This document shows positions 53,496-63,857 of a DNA stretch of 64,000 bases, one piece after another. The position numbers and the translations under genes were made by a program. Within the stretch, counting starts at the first letter, position 1, and the number at the start of each line of letters is the position of its first letter. Below the pieces are notes generated by a model. That model worked only from the letters and a program-made list of their open reading frames with translations. It was not told the DNA's origin and did not search any database. The DNA comes from Candidatus Parcubacteria bacterium (lineage in GTDB: Bacteria > Patescibacteriota > Minisyncoccia > Phycocordibacterales > JAKFXT01), in the NCBI GenBank assembly GCA_021414235.1, contig JAIOOV010000004.1, positions 342,157 through 406,156 on the forward strand, written 5' to 3'.

Positions 53496-55400
53496 TTACG
53501 CCTTCGGCTCTTCTCCTCCTTCCTTGAAATCAGCGTCGCGTGGAGTGGGACCAGCTTCTCCTTCGGGAGCAGCTTCGCCACCCGCACTCTGTCCTCCGGG
53601 AGCTTTGCTCATAGCTTCACCCATCTTCTGAAGCTCCTGCGAGAGCGCCTCAGTGTCGCGCTTGATGGCGTCGGGATCAGTACCTTCTTTGGTTTTCTTG
53701 AGTTCTGTGATCTTACCCTCGATGGCGCTCTTCAGTTCTGCCGGAACCTTATCACCATTGTCGCGTAGTGACTTTTCTGCGGTGTAGATGAGCTGGTCAG
53801 CGAGGTTGCGGGCTTCTACGGACTGCTTCTTCTTCTCATCTTCTGATCCGTGTGCTTCCGCGTCCTTCTTCATGCGCTCAATTTCTTCGCTAGAGAGACC
53901 GGAGGAAGCTTCAATACGGATGGTCTGTTCCTTGCCGCTGGTCTTGTCCTTGGCCTTCACAGAGAGAATGCCGTTCGCATCTACGTCGAAGGTGACTTCC
54001 ACCTGAGGGAGTCCGCGCGGAGCGGGAGGGATGCCGTCGAGGATGAAGCGACCGAGGCTCTTGTTGTCCGCCGCCATGGCGCGCTCGCCCTGGACGATGT
54101 GGATCTCAACAGAGGTCTGGTTGTCCGCAGCAGTGGAGAAAGTCTGAGAGCGGGAGGTAGGCACGGTAGAGTTCTTCTCGATGAGCTTGGTGCCGACGCC
54201 GCCGAGGGTCTCGATACCGAGAGAGAGCGGGATGACGTCGAGGAGGAGCACGTCCTTCACGTCACCAGCGAGGATGCCGCCCTGGATGGCAGCGCCGAGC
54301 GCCACTACCTCATCCGGGTTCACGCCCATATGCGGCTTCTTGCCGAAGAATTCTTCCACCGCCTTTTGTATTGCGGGCATGCGAGTCTGGCCGCCCACGA
54401 GGATGACCTCGCTGATATCAGCGAGCTTGAAGGGAGAAGCATCCATGGCGCGCTTGGTGATGGCCATGGCGCGATCGATGAATTCCTTGGAGAGCTCTTC
54501 GAGCTTGGCGCGGGTCAGCTTCTTCACGAAGTGCTGAGGGCCGGCCTCCGTAGAGGTGATGAACGGGATGTTGATCTCCGACTCAAGTGCAGCAGAGAGT
54601 TCGATCTTGGCCTTCTCTGCGGCTTCGTCGAGACGCTGGCGTGCAAGAGGGTCGTTCCTCACGTCGATGCCGCTCTCTTTCTTAAACTCTTCTGCAAGCC
54701 AATTGATGACTACCTGGTCGATGTCCTTGCCGCCGAGGTGCGCATCGCCGTCGGTGCTCTTCACCTCCACCACGTCATCTCCCACTTCGAGCACGGATAC
54801 GTCGAAAGTACCACCACCGAAGTCGAAGACCGCGATTTTCTCTTCTTTCTTTTTGTTGAAGCCGTAGGCGAGCGCGGCCGCGGTCGGCTCGTTGATGATG
54901 CGGAGCACCTCAAGTCCTGCGATCTTGCCGGCGTCCTTAGTAGCCTGGCGCTGAGAGTCGTTGAAATATGCAGGAACGGTGATGATGGCCTGAGTGATGG
55001 TCTCCCCGAGGCGTGCCTCTGCATCCGTCTTCAGTTTCTGCAGGATCATGGCAGAGATCTCTTCCGGACGATTCCAGTTCTCTCCCATCTTCACTTCGAT
55101 GCCGCCGTTTGTGGACTTACGCATCTCGAAAGGCACAGCTTCTCTGTCCTTGCCGACTGCTGGTTCGTCAAAATTGTGTCCGATGAAGCGCTTGATCTGG
55201 TAGATCGTGTTCTTGGGATTGGTCACTCCCTGGCGCTTGGCGAGGAGGCCGACGAGGCGCTCTCCGGTCTTTGATACCGCGACGACGGAGGGCGTGGTAC
55301 GTGCGCCTTCCGCATTCTCGATGATCTTGGGTGCGCCCACTTCGATGACTGCCATCGCGGAGTTGGTGGTGCCGAGGTCGATGCCGAGTATTTTTGCCAT
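53496..55400 (-). CDS. dnaK: Chaperone DnaK (Hsp70)
   Basis: [16 protein letters not shown] and other Hsp70 signatures; 634 aa. Confidence 0.95.
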   Translation of the reverse strand: MAKILGIDLGTTNSAMAVIEVGAPKIIENAEGARTTPSVVAVSKTGERLVGLLAKRQGVTNPKNTIYQIKRFIGHNFDEPAVGKDREAVPFEMRKSTNGGIEVKMGENWNRPEEISAMILQKLKTDAEARLGETITQAIITVPAYFNDSQRQATKDAGKIAGLEVLRIINEPTAAALAYGFNKKKEEKIAVFDFGGGTFDVSVLEVGDDVVEVKSTDGDAHLGGKDIDQVVINWLAEEFKKESGIDVRNDPLARQRLDEAAEKAKIELSAALESEINIPFITSTEAGPQHFVKKLTRAKLEELSKEFIDRAMAITKRAMDASPFKLADISEVILVGGQTRMPAIQKAVEEFFGKKPHMGVNPDEVVALGAAIQGGILAGDVKDVLLLDVIPLSLGIETLGGVGTKLIEKNSTVPTSRSQTFSTAADNQTSVEIHIVQGERAMAADNKSLGRFILDGIPPAPRGLPQVEVTFDVDANGILSVKAKDKTSGKEQTIRIEASSGLSSEEIERMKKDAEAHGSEDEKKKQSVEARNLADQLIYTAEKSLRDNGDKVPAELKSAIEGKITELKKTKEGTDPDAIKRDTEALSQELQKMGEAMSKAPGGQSAGGEAAPEGEAGPTPRDADFKEGGEEPKA

Positions 55401-55426
55401 ATGGACGAGTGATTAATTGTTAAAAG

Positions 55427-56002
55427 CTATTTTGTTTCCGTAATATATACCTTCACCTGTGCCGGCCTCAAGACCTTGCCGTTAAGCGTGTAGCCTCGCT
55501 GCAGGACTTGGGCGACGGTGTGATCCCCTTCTCCGTTCTCTGCAGGAACTTCAGCTACCGCTGCATGCTCTCGAGGGTCGAAAGGCTTGCCTTTAGGATC
55601 AAGCGCCTTGAGGCCGTGTGACTCGAGGATCCCAAGGAGCTGGGAGCGCACGTACTCCATGCCCTTGCGCCACTCCGGAGGAAGCGCTTCCCAGGAGGCG
55701 GAGTTCGCCGTCGCCATATCGAAGCTATCAAGCACCGGGATCAGTTCCTCGAGGAGATTCTCCTCGGCGAACTTGATGAAGCGCTCCTTCTCTTCCTTCT
55801 CGAGCTTCTTGCTGTTGGCGAATTCCGCCTTGATGCGCTGCCAGCCGTCGAGATATTCCTGCTTCTCAGCAACGCAGGTGGCGAGCTTCTCGCGAAGCTT
55901 CTTCATCTGCTCAGCTGGGGAGGTAAGCTCCGAGTCTTCCTCGAAGGTCACATCGTCTTTCTCTTTTTCAAATTCTGTGTCTGCCATAGGGGATAAGCTC
56001 AC
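55427..56002 (-). CDS. grpE: Nucleotide exchange factor GrpE
   Basis: Acidic N-terminus, coiled coil, C-terminal GrpE beta-domain; the gene lies immediately before dnaK in the minus-strand operon. Confidence 0.85.
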   Translation of the reverse strand: MSLSPMADTEFEKEKDDVTFEEDSELTSPAEQMKKLREKLATCVAEKQEYLDGWQRIKAEFANSKKLEKEEKERFIKFAEENLLEELIPVLDSFDMATANSASWEALPPEWRKGMEYVRSQLLGILESHGLKALDPKGKPFDPREHAAVAEVPAENGEGDHTVAQVLQRGYTLNGKVLRPAQVKVYITETK

Positions 56003-56058
56003 TATACATCAGATAGCGCGGAGCGGAAGAAAATCGGAGAGACAGAGGAGAGGAGAAA

Positions 56059-56463
56059 CTAGCGCTTCGCCCACTGAGCGGCTTTACGAGCCTTCTTGAG
56101 ACCGAACTTGCGGCGCTCCTTCATGCGCGGATCACGCTTGAGATAACCCTGCTTCTTGAGCGGGCTGCGGAGATCACGATCCCCTTCTACGAGTGCGCGG
56201 CTGATGGCGTGGCGGACTGCCACTGCCTGGGAGGAGACACCACCACCCATGACGCGAACGGTCACCTTGAACTTGGAGGTCGTTTCGGTGAGGTTAAGCG
56301 CAGAGAGTACGGTAGCTCTGAGGTCTTCGGTCTTGAAATATTCCTCGAGCGGCTGGTCGTTCACAGTGAAGGACTGCTTGCCGGATTCTTCGAGGCGCGC
56401 GCGAGCGACAGACGTCTTACGGCGTCCGACAGTCTCGATATATGCCTGTTTGGTCTTATCCAT
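56059..56463 (-). CDS. rpsI: 30S ribosomal protein S9
   Basis: C-terminal GLKKARKAAQWAKR. Confidence 0.9.
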   Translation of the reverse strand: MDKTKQAYIETVGRRKTSVARARLEESGKQSFTVNDQPLEEYFKTEDLRATVLSALNLTETTSKFKVTVRVMGGGVSSQAVAVRHAISRALVEGDRDLRSPLKKQGYLKRDPRMKERRKFGLKKARKAAQWAKR

Positions 56464-56468
56464 AAATA

Positions 56469-56822
56469 TTATTCAGTGACGATGAGATTCTTGAACATGC
56501 GGGAGCGGAGCTTGTTCTTGGGAAGCATGCCCCAGACTGCGTGGCGGATGAGCTCGCCGTAGCCCTTCTTCTCCATGACGGCTTTGCCGGTCTGCACGGT
56601 GCGGCCTCCTGGGTAACCAGAGTAGCGCTGGTGGCTGACCTCCATGAGGCGGCGCTCGTCGATAGAGAGCTTAGCAGCATTCTCCACCTTCACCTTCACG
56701 AGCGCGGTCGCGTTCCTGACGAAATCAGGGGTGCCCTTGCCGATGAGGAGCTTAGCCGCCTCGCTTGCGAGTCGTCCGAGCTTCTTCCCTTCCGCATTAA
56801 GTGTGTATTCCTTGGAGGTCAT
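56469..56822 (-). CDS. rplM: 50S ribosomal protein L13
   Basis: Recognised as L13 from the overall sequence pattern; 117 aa; adjacent to rpsI. Confidence 0.85.
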   Translation of the reverse strand: MTSKEYTLNAEGKKLGRLASEAAKLLIGKGTPDFVRNATALVKVKVENAAKLSIDERRLMEVSHQRYSGYPGGRTVQTGKAVMEKKGYGELIRHAVWGMLPKNKLRSRMFKNLIVTE

Positions 56823-56831
56823 ATAGGTATC

Positions 56832-57185
56832 TTAGACGAAGGATATCTGGGCCATCTTGCTCGAGTCCGAGAGGCGGCGCGGGAGCTTGGTGATGCGGGT
56901 GTAGCCGCCCTGGCGATCCATGTAGCGAGGCGCGATCTCCTTGAGGAGCATCTTAGCCTCGGCCTCGCCGCCGATGCGGGAGATGAGGAGGCGCTCCACG
57001 GCGAGTCCGCCCTTCTTGCTGTGAGTCACCATCCGCTCGATGAACGGGCGGAGTTCCTTGGCCTTGGCCTCGGTCGTCTTGATCTTGCCATGAAGCACGA
57101 GAGAACGCGAAAGGCTCTTCAAGAGGGCCTGCCTCTCAGAGCTGCTCTTCCGTCCTAGCCCGCGTCCTTTCTTGTGGTGCTTCAT
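56832..57185 (-). CDS. rplQ: 50S ribosomal protein L17
   Basis: MKHHKKGRGLGRKSS..TRI; follows rpoA. Confidence 0.9.
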   Translation of the reverse strand: MKHHKKGRGLGRKSSSERQALLKSLSRSLVLHGKIKTTEAKAKELRPFIERMVTHSKKGGLAVERLLISRIGGEAEAKMLLKEIAPRYMDRQGGYTRITKLPRRLSDSSKMAQISFV

Positions 57186-57203
57186 AAAGGATTACTTACA
57201 GGA

Positions 57204-58166
57204 TTATTTGAGGGTGATGCCGTAGTTAGAGAGCATGCGCTTGATCTCCTGGATGCCCTTGGAGCCCAATCCATCGATATCGAGGATGTCCTCTTCCTTC
57301 TTGCGGACGAGGCCACCCACGGTGCGGATGTTGGCTTCGGTGAGGGCATTCACGGTGCGCTGGGAGAGGTCGAGAGTGTCGATGCGGGTCTTGAGGATCT
57401 CTGCGTCGATCTCCGGGCGTACGCGCTCCTCCTTGGAAGACTCGGTCTCAGTCTCTGGGCGGAGCTCCTCTTCCTCTTTGAAGCCGACGATGGCACGGAG
57501 CTGGTTGATCATGATCTCGATGGACTGCTCGAGGGCCTGGTGCGGAGTGACGGTGCCGTCGGTCTCGATGAAGACCTTGAGGCGGTTGAAGTCAGTACGA
57601 TCACCGACGCGCATGTTCTCCACCTCGTAGTTCACGCGGCGGATAGGAGTGAAGATCGCGTCGAGAGTGATGGTGCCGATGTCCACCTTCTCCTTCTGGA
57701 GGACTTCCTTAGCGACGAAGCCCAAGCCGCGCTCGACTTTGAGTTCCATGTTGAGTTCGGTGCCCTTCTCGGTGGTGTGCGCGATGACGAGCTCAGGATT
57801 GAGCACTTCTACCTGACCAGGGACAGTGAGATCGCCTGCAGTGACTTCCTTAGCACCCTTGATGGAGAGAGAAAGCGTCTGGGGCTCATCCGTGAGCATC
57901 TTGATGCGGATGCGCTTGAGGTTGATGAGGAGAGTGACCACGTCCTCCTTTACGCCAGGGATGGTGGAGAACTCGTGGCTGACGCCTTCGATCTTGACCT
58001 CTGTGATGGCAGCACCCGGGAGGGAGGAAAGGATGATGCGGCGGAGGGAGTTACCCAAAGTGTGGCCGTAGCCAGGGTAAAGGCCGTCGATCTCGTACGA
58101 GCCGCTCCACTCTTGTTCCGAAACGATCCTGGGCTTCGACGGAAGCACGATGTTGTGGGCTGTCAT
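57204..58166 (-). CDS. rpoA: DNA-directed RNA polymerase subunit alpha
   Basis: N-terminal dimerisation domain plus C-terminal domain, 320 aa; located between rpsD and rplQ. Confidence 0.9.
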   Translation of the reverse strand: MTAHNIVLPSKPRIVSEQEWSGSYEIDGLYPGYGHTLGNSLRRIILSSLPGAAITEVKIEGVSHEFSTIPGVKEDVVTLLINLKRIRIKMLTDEPQTLSLSIKGAKEVTAGDLTVPGQVEVLNPELVIAHTTEKGTELNMELKVERGLGFVAKEVLQKEKVDIGTITLDAIFTPIRRVNYEVENMRVGDRTDFNRLKVFIETDGTVTPHQALEQSIEIMINQLRAIVGFKEEEELRPETETESSKEERVRPEIDAEILKTRIDTLDLSQRTVNALTEANIRTVGGLVRKKEEDILDIDGLGSKGIQEIKRMLSNYGITLK

Positions 58167-58231
58167 GATGAGTTTCTTAAAAATGAGTAATCTTTATACG
58201 ATAAAAATATACTTTTCGCAATATCCCACGT

Positions 58232-58846
58232 TTAGCGGGTGTAGAACTCAAGCACCTGCGGCAGGTCGAACGGCTGCACCGCTGCGTCCATGCGCGGGGC
58301 TCCGGCCACCTTACCCTCGCCCTTCTCCGGGTCGAAGGAGAGCCAGGAAGGATTCTTCATGTCCTTGAGGCGTCCGACGAGGTCGGTGAAGAGGGCGCTG
58401 TTCTTGCTGCCCTCGCGAATAGCGAAGACGTCGCCCTGAGACATCTGATAGGAAGGAATGGTTACCTTGCGGCCGCCGATGACGATGTGGCCATGAGAGA
58501 CCATCTGGCGGGCGCTACGGCGGCTCGAGGTGAGGCCGAGGCGGTAGACCACGTTGTCGAGGCGACGCTCGAGGAGCGCGAAGAGGGCAGCAGCCTGGTT
58601 CTCTCCCCCATGGCTCACTGCTGCGCGGATGTAATTGCGGAACTGGCGCTCAGTGATGCCGTAGGTCATGCGCACCTTCTGCTTCTCCAAGAACTGCTTG
58701 GCGTAGTCGGACTTGGCTCCGCCACGGCGCTTGCCGCGCTTCATCTCCGTACGTGCGAGCGAGAGCTGGAACTTCTGCGTCTGGGTCTTATCGAAGACCT
58801 GTGCGCCGAGGCGTTTCGCTATTTTGTATCTAGGGCCGATTTTCAT
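58232..58846 (-). CDS. rpsD: 30S ribosomal protein S4
   Basis: MKIGPRYKIAKRLG.., S4 RNA-binding domain, 204 aa. Confidence 0.9.
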   Translation of the reverse strand: MKIGPRYKIAKRLGAQVFDKTQTQKFQLSLARTEMKRGKRRGGAKSDYAKQFLEKQKVRMTYGITERQFRNYIRAAVSHGGENQAAALFALLERRLDNVVYRLGLTSSRRSARQMVSHGHIVIGGRKVTIPSYQMSQGDVFAIREGSKNSALFTDLVGRLKDMKNPSWLSFDPEKGEGKVAGAPRMDAAVQPFDLPQVLEFYTR

Positions 58847-58855
58847 ATGGAATAT

Positions 58856-59290
58856 TTAGACGCGACGAGGCTTAGGAGGCTTGGGACCATTGTGCGGCAC
58901 CGGGGTCGCATCCCTGATGGAGGCGACAGCGACTCCTTTAGAGGAAAAGCCGCGGATGGCAGACTCGCGGCCTGCGCCGACGCCCTTCACGACTACATCT
59001 ACTTCGCGCACGCCCATGGCGTTAGCTTTCTCCCCGAGAAGCTCGCCTACCTTAGCGGCTGCGAACGGTGTGCCCTTCTTGGCGCCAGCAAAGCCGAGTG
59101 CGCCAGAAGAGGAAGCCATGAGGGCGTTGCCTTCGCGGTCGGTGAGGAGCACCTGCGTGTTGTTGTACGTGGCCTGGACGAAGAGGATGCCAGCATCCAC
59201 CTTCTTGCGGGCGGCTTTCTGGAGAGACTTGCTGCGCAAGCCCTGATCCACTTCCCCGCCGCTCTTTTTAACTACTCGTTTCTTACCCAT
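58856..59290 (-). CDS. rpsK: 30S ribosomal protein S11
   Basis: Recognised as S11 from the overall sequence pattern; 144 aa; lies between rpsM and rpsD. Confidence 0.85.
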   Translation of the reverse strand: MGKKRVVKKSGGEVDQGLRSKSLQKAARKKVDAGILFVQATYNNTQVLLTDREGNALMASSSGALGFAGAKKGTPFAAAKVGELLGEKANAMGVREVDVVVKGVGAGRESAIRGFSSKGVAVASIRDATPVPHNGPKPPKPRRV

Positions 59291-59307
59291 ATAAATATTG
59301 AATCGGT

Positions 59308-59688
59308 TTAGGTCTTCTCTACCTTACGGCGACCCGAGCCCATGGTCTTGCGGACGTTGCCACGGAGCGTGCGGGAGTTGGTCTTGGTGCGCTGTCCGCG
59401 GGCCGGGAGCCTGCGAGCGTGGCGGTTGCCGCGGTAGGACTTGATATCTTTGAGGCGCTTGATGTTGGCGCCGACGATGCGCTTGAGGTCTCCTTCGATC
59501 TTGAAGCCTTCGACGATGGCGCGGATGCGGTTCTCCTGCTCCGGAGTGAGCTCCTTACCCTTCACGCTCGGCTCCACCTTGGCCTCCTTGAGGATGGTGA
59601 GGGCGCGCGGGCGTCCGATGCCGAAGAGGACCGTGAGGCCGATCTCGATACGCTTCTCTTCAGGAATATTGATACCGCTGATACGCAT
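59308..59688 (-). CDS. rpsM: 30S ribosomal protein S13
   Basis: MRISGINIP..; 126 aa. Confidence 0.9.
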   Translation of the reverse strand: MRISGINIPEEKRIEIGLTVLFGIGRPRALTILKEAKVEPSVKGKELTPEQENRIRAIVEGFKIEGDLKRIVGANIKRLKDIKSYRGNRHARRLPARGQRTKTNSRTLRGNVRKTMGSGRRKVEKT

Positions 59689-59690
59689 GA

Positions 59691-59804
59691 TTATTTCTGG
59701 CGCTGTTTATGCTTAGGGTTGCTGCAGATAACATGCATGCGCCCCTTACGACGGAGCGCTTTGCAGTTGGCACAGATTGTCTTGATGGATGCGCGGACTT
59801 TCAT
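59691..59804 (-). CDS. rpmJ: 50S ribosomal protein L36
   Basis: Hand translation of the minus strand gives [37 protein letters not shown] (37 aa). Too short to appear in the ORF track. Confidence 0.8.
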   Translation of the reverse strand: MKVRASIKTICANCKALRRKGRMHVICSNPKHKQRQK

Positions 59805-59807
59805 GGT

Positions 59808-60020
59808 TTACATTCTGCGGACGATTCTTCCTTTCCCGCCGTACGGCTCGAGTTCTACCTCGACCGTGTCTCCGACGAGCACTCGGATGCGGTGGAACCG
59901 CATCTTCCCGGCAAGGTACGTCAAGAGCTCCTTGTCAGTCTCTTTGAGAACGACCCGGAAAAGGGTGTTCGGCAGAGCCTCAACCACGGTGCCTAAATGA
60001 CGTATATTTGAAGTTTCCAT
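59808..60020 (-). CDS. infA: Translation initiation factor IF-1
   Basis: [41 protein letters not shown]1-like fold, 70 aa. Confidence 0.9.
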   Translation of the reverse strand: METSNIRHLGTVVEALPNTLFRVVLKETDKELLTYLAGKMRFHRIRVLVGDTVEVELEPYGGKGRIVRRM

Positions 60021-60105
60021 CAGCGGACAGAATGAAGAGTAGCCTATCAGATAGGGCTACAAGCGTCAACGGGAGCCCTGGGGACTCCTGTTGACCTTGG
60101 GGCTG

Positions 60106-61500
60106 TTATTTCTCCTTAAGGACTATCTGGATCTGAGAAGCCTTCTCCGGGAGGGCACTCTTCCAGAATGGCTGTACTACCACCGAGCTCCTATCCATTG
60201 GGTAGGCCTGGAGTACAGAGGTTACCTCTTTCTTAGGTACTCCGGCAAGGGATTCCTTGAGCTTTTCCGTATCTATGGCCCAGGTAAGGGTCGTTTCGCC
60301 CTTCAGGCTGAAGGTGATGCTGTCCGATTCCCACGGCTTACCCCCACTCTGAGGCTTGAAAGCCAGGGCCCGAAGGCTCTCTCCGCCGGTCAGTTCTTCT
60401 CCGTGGTAGTCGCCGGAAGCTAACTTGCGGTAGGCCAGGAACTGGGAGAGCTTGCCTTCCGCAAAGATGATGCCGTAGAGGGTGACACGCTGCTTGACCT
60501 CGCTTGCCTCTGGATTGGAGAGTGTCTCGGTCTCGGTGTAGATCGCATCCTTGTAGAGCACGTAGCCCTCAGGCTTCTGCTCATTGGCCTGCCGCATGAG
60601 GCTTTCGGTGAGTTCCGTGGTCAGGGCAGCCTTAGCCTGCTCGATATCGGAGGCGGAAGCGGTCTTTACGGTGCCGCTGAATCCGCCGGTCATGGCCGTC
60701 TTGCCACGGGCATAGAATTTGCTGTAGCGCGGATCTCCCTTGAAGCCAGGTATGGTGAAATCAGTAAGCCCGATGTTGTAGCTCTCCCCTGCCTGGTCGG
60801 CGATGACCTCTGCTTCTATGGTGCCCGGTGTGGTTCCCTTCTTGCCGGGGATGGTGATGGGAGAGGCGATGCGGTAGACCTTGCCGTCTGCGGTTTCAAA
60901 ACGGGTGGTGGCAACCAGGCGCTGTGTCGCCGAGCTGTAGTCGTTGTAGATGATGATGGTGCCGCGTGCCTTCTCGCTTATGGTCTTAGTGCCTGTCTCA
61001 GGGACGGTCTTCGAAGACTCCTCGGAGAGCTTCATTAGTTCGAACTGGAGCCCTTCAGGACCTGCTTCCTTCTCCGCCGTAATCATCTCATCTACAGAGA
61101 CGATGGAGACCTTGGGCACGATGCTGACGGTAGCTTTCGGCAGGAAGAACTTACCCGCGAAAAGAAGAACGCCTGCGAGCGCCAATCCGCCTATTACCAA
61201 TGCGATCTTCCCGAAATGAACGTGGGGTGGCCAGAATCTTCCCATAAATGAATCGTTAAGAGGTTGTCCCTTGCTACCGTACGCAAACACCTTCGGCCGG
61301 GGCGGAGGTGGGGGCGGAGGAGTTTCCCTTCTCGAGGGTGGAGCAACATCGCTACGCATCTCCCGAGTCTCTTTCGGCGCAGCGTGGTGATGAGTTTCAG
61401 GACGCACACTCTCGGATTTGGGGTGACGATGGTCGGGTATTGGAATATCGCGGATCGTCTTCTTGGGGGGTACTACGTCCTGAAAAGAATCCTTGGGCAT
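60106..61500 (-). CDS. Bitopic membrane protein with a Pro-rich cytoplasmic N-terminus and a large extracytoplasmic domain
   Basis: PPPPPPP tract, one TM (KIALVIGGLALAGVLLFAG), about 360 extracytoplasmic residues; no recognised domain. Confidence 0.5.
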   Translation of the reverse strand: MPKDSFQDVVPPKKTIRDIPIPDHRHPKSESVRPETHHHAAPKETREMRSDVAPPSRRETPPPPPPPRPKVFAYGSKGQPLNDSFMGRFWPPHVHFGKIALVIGGLALAGVLLFAGKFFLPKATVSIVPKVSIVSVDEMITAEKEAGPEGLQFELMKLSEESSKTVPETGTKTISEKARGTIIIYNDYSSATQRLVATTRFETADGKVYRIASPITIPGKKGTTPGTIEAEVIADQAGESYNIGLTDFTIPGFKGDPRYSKFYARGKTAMTGGFSGTVKTASASDIEQAKAALTTELTESLMRQANEQKPEGYVLYKDAIYTETETLSNPEASEVKQRVTLYGIIFAEGKLSQFLAYRKLASGDYHGEELTGGESLRALAFKPQSGGKPWESDSITFSLKGETTLTWAIDTEKLKESLAGVPKKEVTSVLQAYPMDRSSVVVQPFWKSALPEKASQIQIVLKEK

Positions 61501-61530
61501 ATCAAATAATATGGGCGAAATTAGATGAGC

Positions 61531-62694
61531 TCATGATACCACGGAGGCTTCTCGCAGAGTCTCCGAGCTTGTGGATAGGAGGAAGGGAGAACGCTGCGTG
61601 TGCGCGAAGAGTGCGGCGATAGCGAGCGTGGCGCTACCAAGATCCCCTGGGAGTGCGACACTGCGCGAGAGAGTGACTCCGGTAAGAGGGATCACCGGAA
61701 GCCCCCGACGGCCTCCCCGGTGATATGTGAAGCTCCCCCGGATGAGCGCTTCGAGCGGATGCAATATCTCGGGGGGAGCAAGGAGCACCACACTCTCCGG
61801 CCGCGGAGAGCGCTCTGTGATCATCTCGGAGGCCTTCTCGAAGAGTGAGACCCACTCCTTACCAGCGAGGCGAAGCAGATCCACAGAGAGCGCGGCGTGC
61901 CCTTTATGGGAGAGGCGGATCTTGTCGCGCATCACCTCTACGGTCGTATGCAAGCTGCGGCTGATCGCCGTGAAGAGATCCTGCGCCCCTATGGGAAAAG
62001 ATGCCGATTCGAGGAGCATCCCTTCTTCGAAATGAAGGAGCTCAGTGGCACGCCCGCTCATATGCACCGAGAGATGCGTCCCTTTGTCGAGTGCGGGCAT
62101 GGCGGTACGCAGACTCACCGAGAGCGCGAGGGAAAGCGGCTCTACGAGCACCGGCAGATGGAAAAAGCGCAGGATCTCGCTCTCGATGAGTCGGGCGGTT
62201 TCCCGCTCCAGAGCACTTTTCAATACAAAAAGCTCCAACGTACGTCCGAACAGTCCGTAGGGCTCCAGGGTGCGGTAGCCATTCACTACGGTGCCGATGA
62301 GATGCGAACCCTCGCTCTCCCCTCCTCCGCGCTTGAAATGCGCTTCGAGGAGCTTTTGCACGAGGGCAGGCGTCACTTTGAAATCTGAGGTCTCCTCGTA
62401 GCGGATGATCTCGGTGGATGCGCGATATGAAGGGGAACTGACCAGTACCACCGCCTCTTTGGGGAGCGGCAGGCCATGAGCATGGATGTCACGGGAGAGT
62501 GCTTCAAGCGCGGAACGCAGGCCCATGCGGAGCGGGCGTCTCTCTGTAGAGAGCGTACTCGCAGCCATAGCCGGGATGTGCACCTTGTCGCCGTGCGCGA
62601 GCGCAAGCGCTGCCTCCACGCTGCCTGAAGGAGCGTCTACGGTGAGGACGAGCTTAGGATGCGAATGAAAAGTTGAACGAGAGAACAGTCCCAT
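61531..62694 (-). CDS. Hypothetical protein, possibly a degenerate actin-fold (ASKHA) ATPase-like protein
   Basis: N-terminal LVLTVDAPSGSV resembles a phosphate-1 loop; LSVHMSGRATELLHF is a weak phosphate-2-like motif. Otherwise unassigned. Confidence 0.4.
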   Translation of the reverse strand: MGLFSRSTFHSHPKLVLTVDAPSGSVEAALALAHGDKVHIPAMAASTLSTERRPLRMGLRSALEALSRDIHAHGLPLPKEAVVLVSSPSYRASTEIIRYEETSDFKVTPALVQKLLEAHFKRGGGESEGSHLIGTVVNGYRTLEPYGLFGRTLELFVLKSALERETARLIESEILRFFHLPVLVEPLSLALSVSLRTAMPALDKGTHLSVHMSGRATELLHFEEGMLLESASFPIGAQDLFTAISRSLHTTVEVMRDKIRLSHKGHAALSVDLLRLAGKEWVSLFEKASEMITERSPRPESVVLLAPPEILHPLEALIRGSFTYHRGGRRGLPVIPLTGVTLSRSVALPGDLGSATLAIAALFAHTQRSPFLLSTSSETLREASVVS

Positions 62695-62736
62695 CGCTAA
62701 AAGTATACCGCAGGCACCCTCTTCTCTAAAGGGAGA

Positions 62737-63780
62737 TTATCCAATACGCGAAGATTCGGAGTAGATAGAGAGGAGTGCGAAGAGGAAACTCACCGAGAGC
62801 GGGCCCAAGAAGATACCGATGGGGCCGAAGAGCGCGAGTGCGCCGAGCACAGAAAGAAGGACGAGAAGCGGATGGAGGCTCATTCCTCTACCTACGAGCT
62901 TGGGACCAAGGAGGTTGTCGATGAGACCGACAGCAAGAGAACCCCATAACAGAAGTCCGAGGGCTGGGAGGCTGCCCACCGCGAAGAAAAGATAGATGAT
63001 CGCGGGTATGAATATGAGCGCGGTGCCGATGCTCGGTACGAGTGCCGCAAGAGCGGTGAGCGCTCCCCAGAGGATGGCGCTGGGGACACCGAAGAGGGTG
63101 AAGCCAATAGCAGCAAGGGTTCCTTGAATGAGCGCTATGAGCAGATTCCCCCTCACCACCGAGTTCACTGCCAGTCCGAGGCGATTAAAGACCTCCTCGT
63201 CGTCCTTGTCGTTAAGCGGGGAGAGATCCACCAAGACACGCTTCAGCTTACGGCCGTCACGCAGGAAGTAATACAGAGAGAGCAGGAAGAGGAAGGTTGC
63301 GAGGAGAAGAGAGGCTACGCTAGAGAAAGCACTGCCCGCATGGCTGATGATCCAGGTAAGGCTCGTGCGCACGTAAGTGTCGATGTTGGCGGCAAGCTTT
63401 GCTGCGAGCCCCTCTGTGCCGGGAATGAAATTACCAACCGCGCTTTCAATGTGCGTCAGGATCTCCATGAGGTGAGTCTCCCCTGCGCCATACTCTATAG
63501 AGAGATACAGGTCGCGAGCCTCGTTCCCTACCAGAGTCACCAGGAGCGAGAGTGGGATGAGCACTACCACTAAGCTGAGAAGGACGGTAAGTACAGCAGC
63601 CAAGCTGGGCCAGTCCCCCAGGCGCACGCGGATCCGGCCATAGAGCGGGTAGAGCACTACGGAGAAGACTGCTGCCAGGATGAGCGGAGGAAGGAACGGC
63701 AGGAAGATGAGACCTACCAAGAAAAAGACTCCTAAAAGGAGGAGTATCAGGAAGTATGGACGTAGTTGTTCACGGTTCAT
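62737..63780 (-). CDS. AI-2E family transporter (PerM/UPF0118)
   Basis: 8 TM helices, 347 aa, characteristic family topology. Confidence 0.8.
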   Translation of the reverse strand: MNREQLRPYFLILLLLGVFFLVGLIFLPFLPPLILAAVFSVVLYPLYGRIRVRLGDWPSLAAVLTVLLSLVVVLIPLSLLVTLVGNEARDLYLSIEYGAGETHLMEILTHIESAVGNFIPGTEGLAAKLAANIDTYVRTSLTWIISHAGSAFSSVASLLLATFLFLLSLYYFLRDGRKLKRVLVDLSPLNDKDDEEVFNRLGLAVNSVVRGNLLIALIQGTLAAIGFTLFGVPSAILWGALTALAALVPSIGTALIFIPAIIYLFFAVGSLPALGLLLWGSLAVGLIDNLLGPKLVGRGMSLHPLLVLLSVLGALALFGPIGIFLGPLSVSFLFALLSIYSESSRIG

Positions 63781-63816
63781 GCTGGATAGTATAGCGCTAT
63801 TCTCCCGCTTCGCCCA

Positions 63817-63852
63817 AAACAGAAACGCTCCCCTTGGGGAGCGTTTCTGTTT
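63817..63852 (-). terminator. Terminator-like hairpin downstream of the edge gene
   Basis: aaacagaaacgctcccc-ttgg-ggagcgtttctgttt. Confidence 0.5.
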
Positions 63853-63857
63853 GAGTT

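Noticed and set aside
53850-55274. 474-aa + strand ORF
   Set aside because: Antisense to dnaK, which is unambiguous.
55990-56060. CIRCE/HrcA operator upstream of grpE
   Set aside because: No TTAGCACTC-N9-GAGTGCTAA-like inverted repeat is present. grpE appears to be co-transcribed with rpsI and rplM or to use a different control.
57174-58190. 338-aa + strand ORF
   Set aside because: Entirely antisense to rpoA; low-complexity acidic composition.
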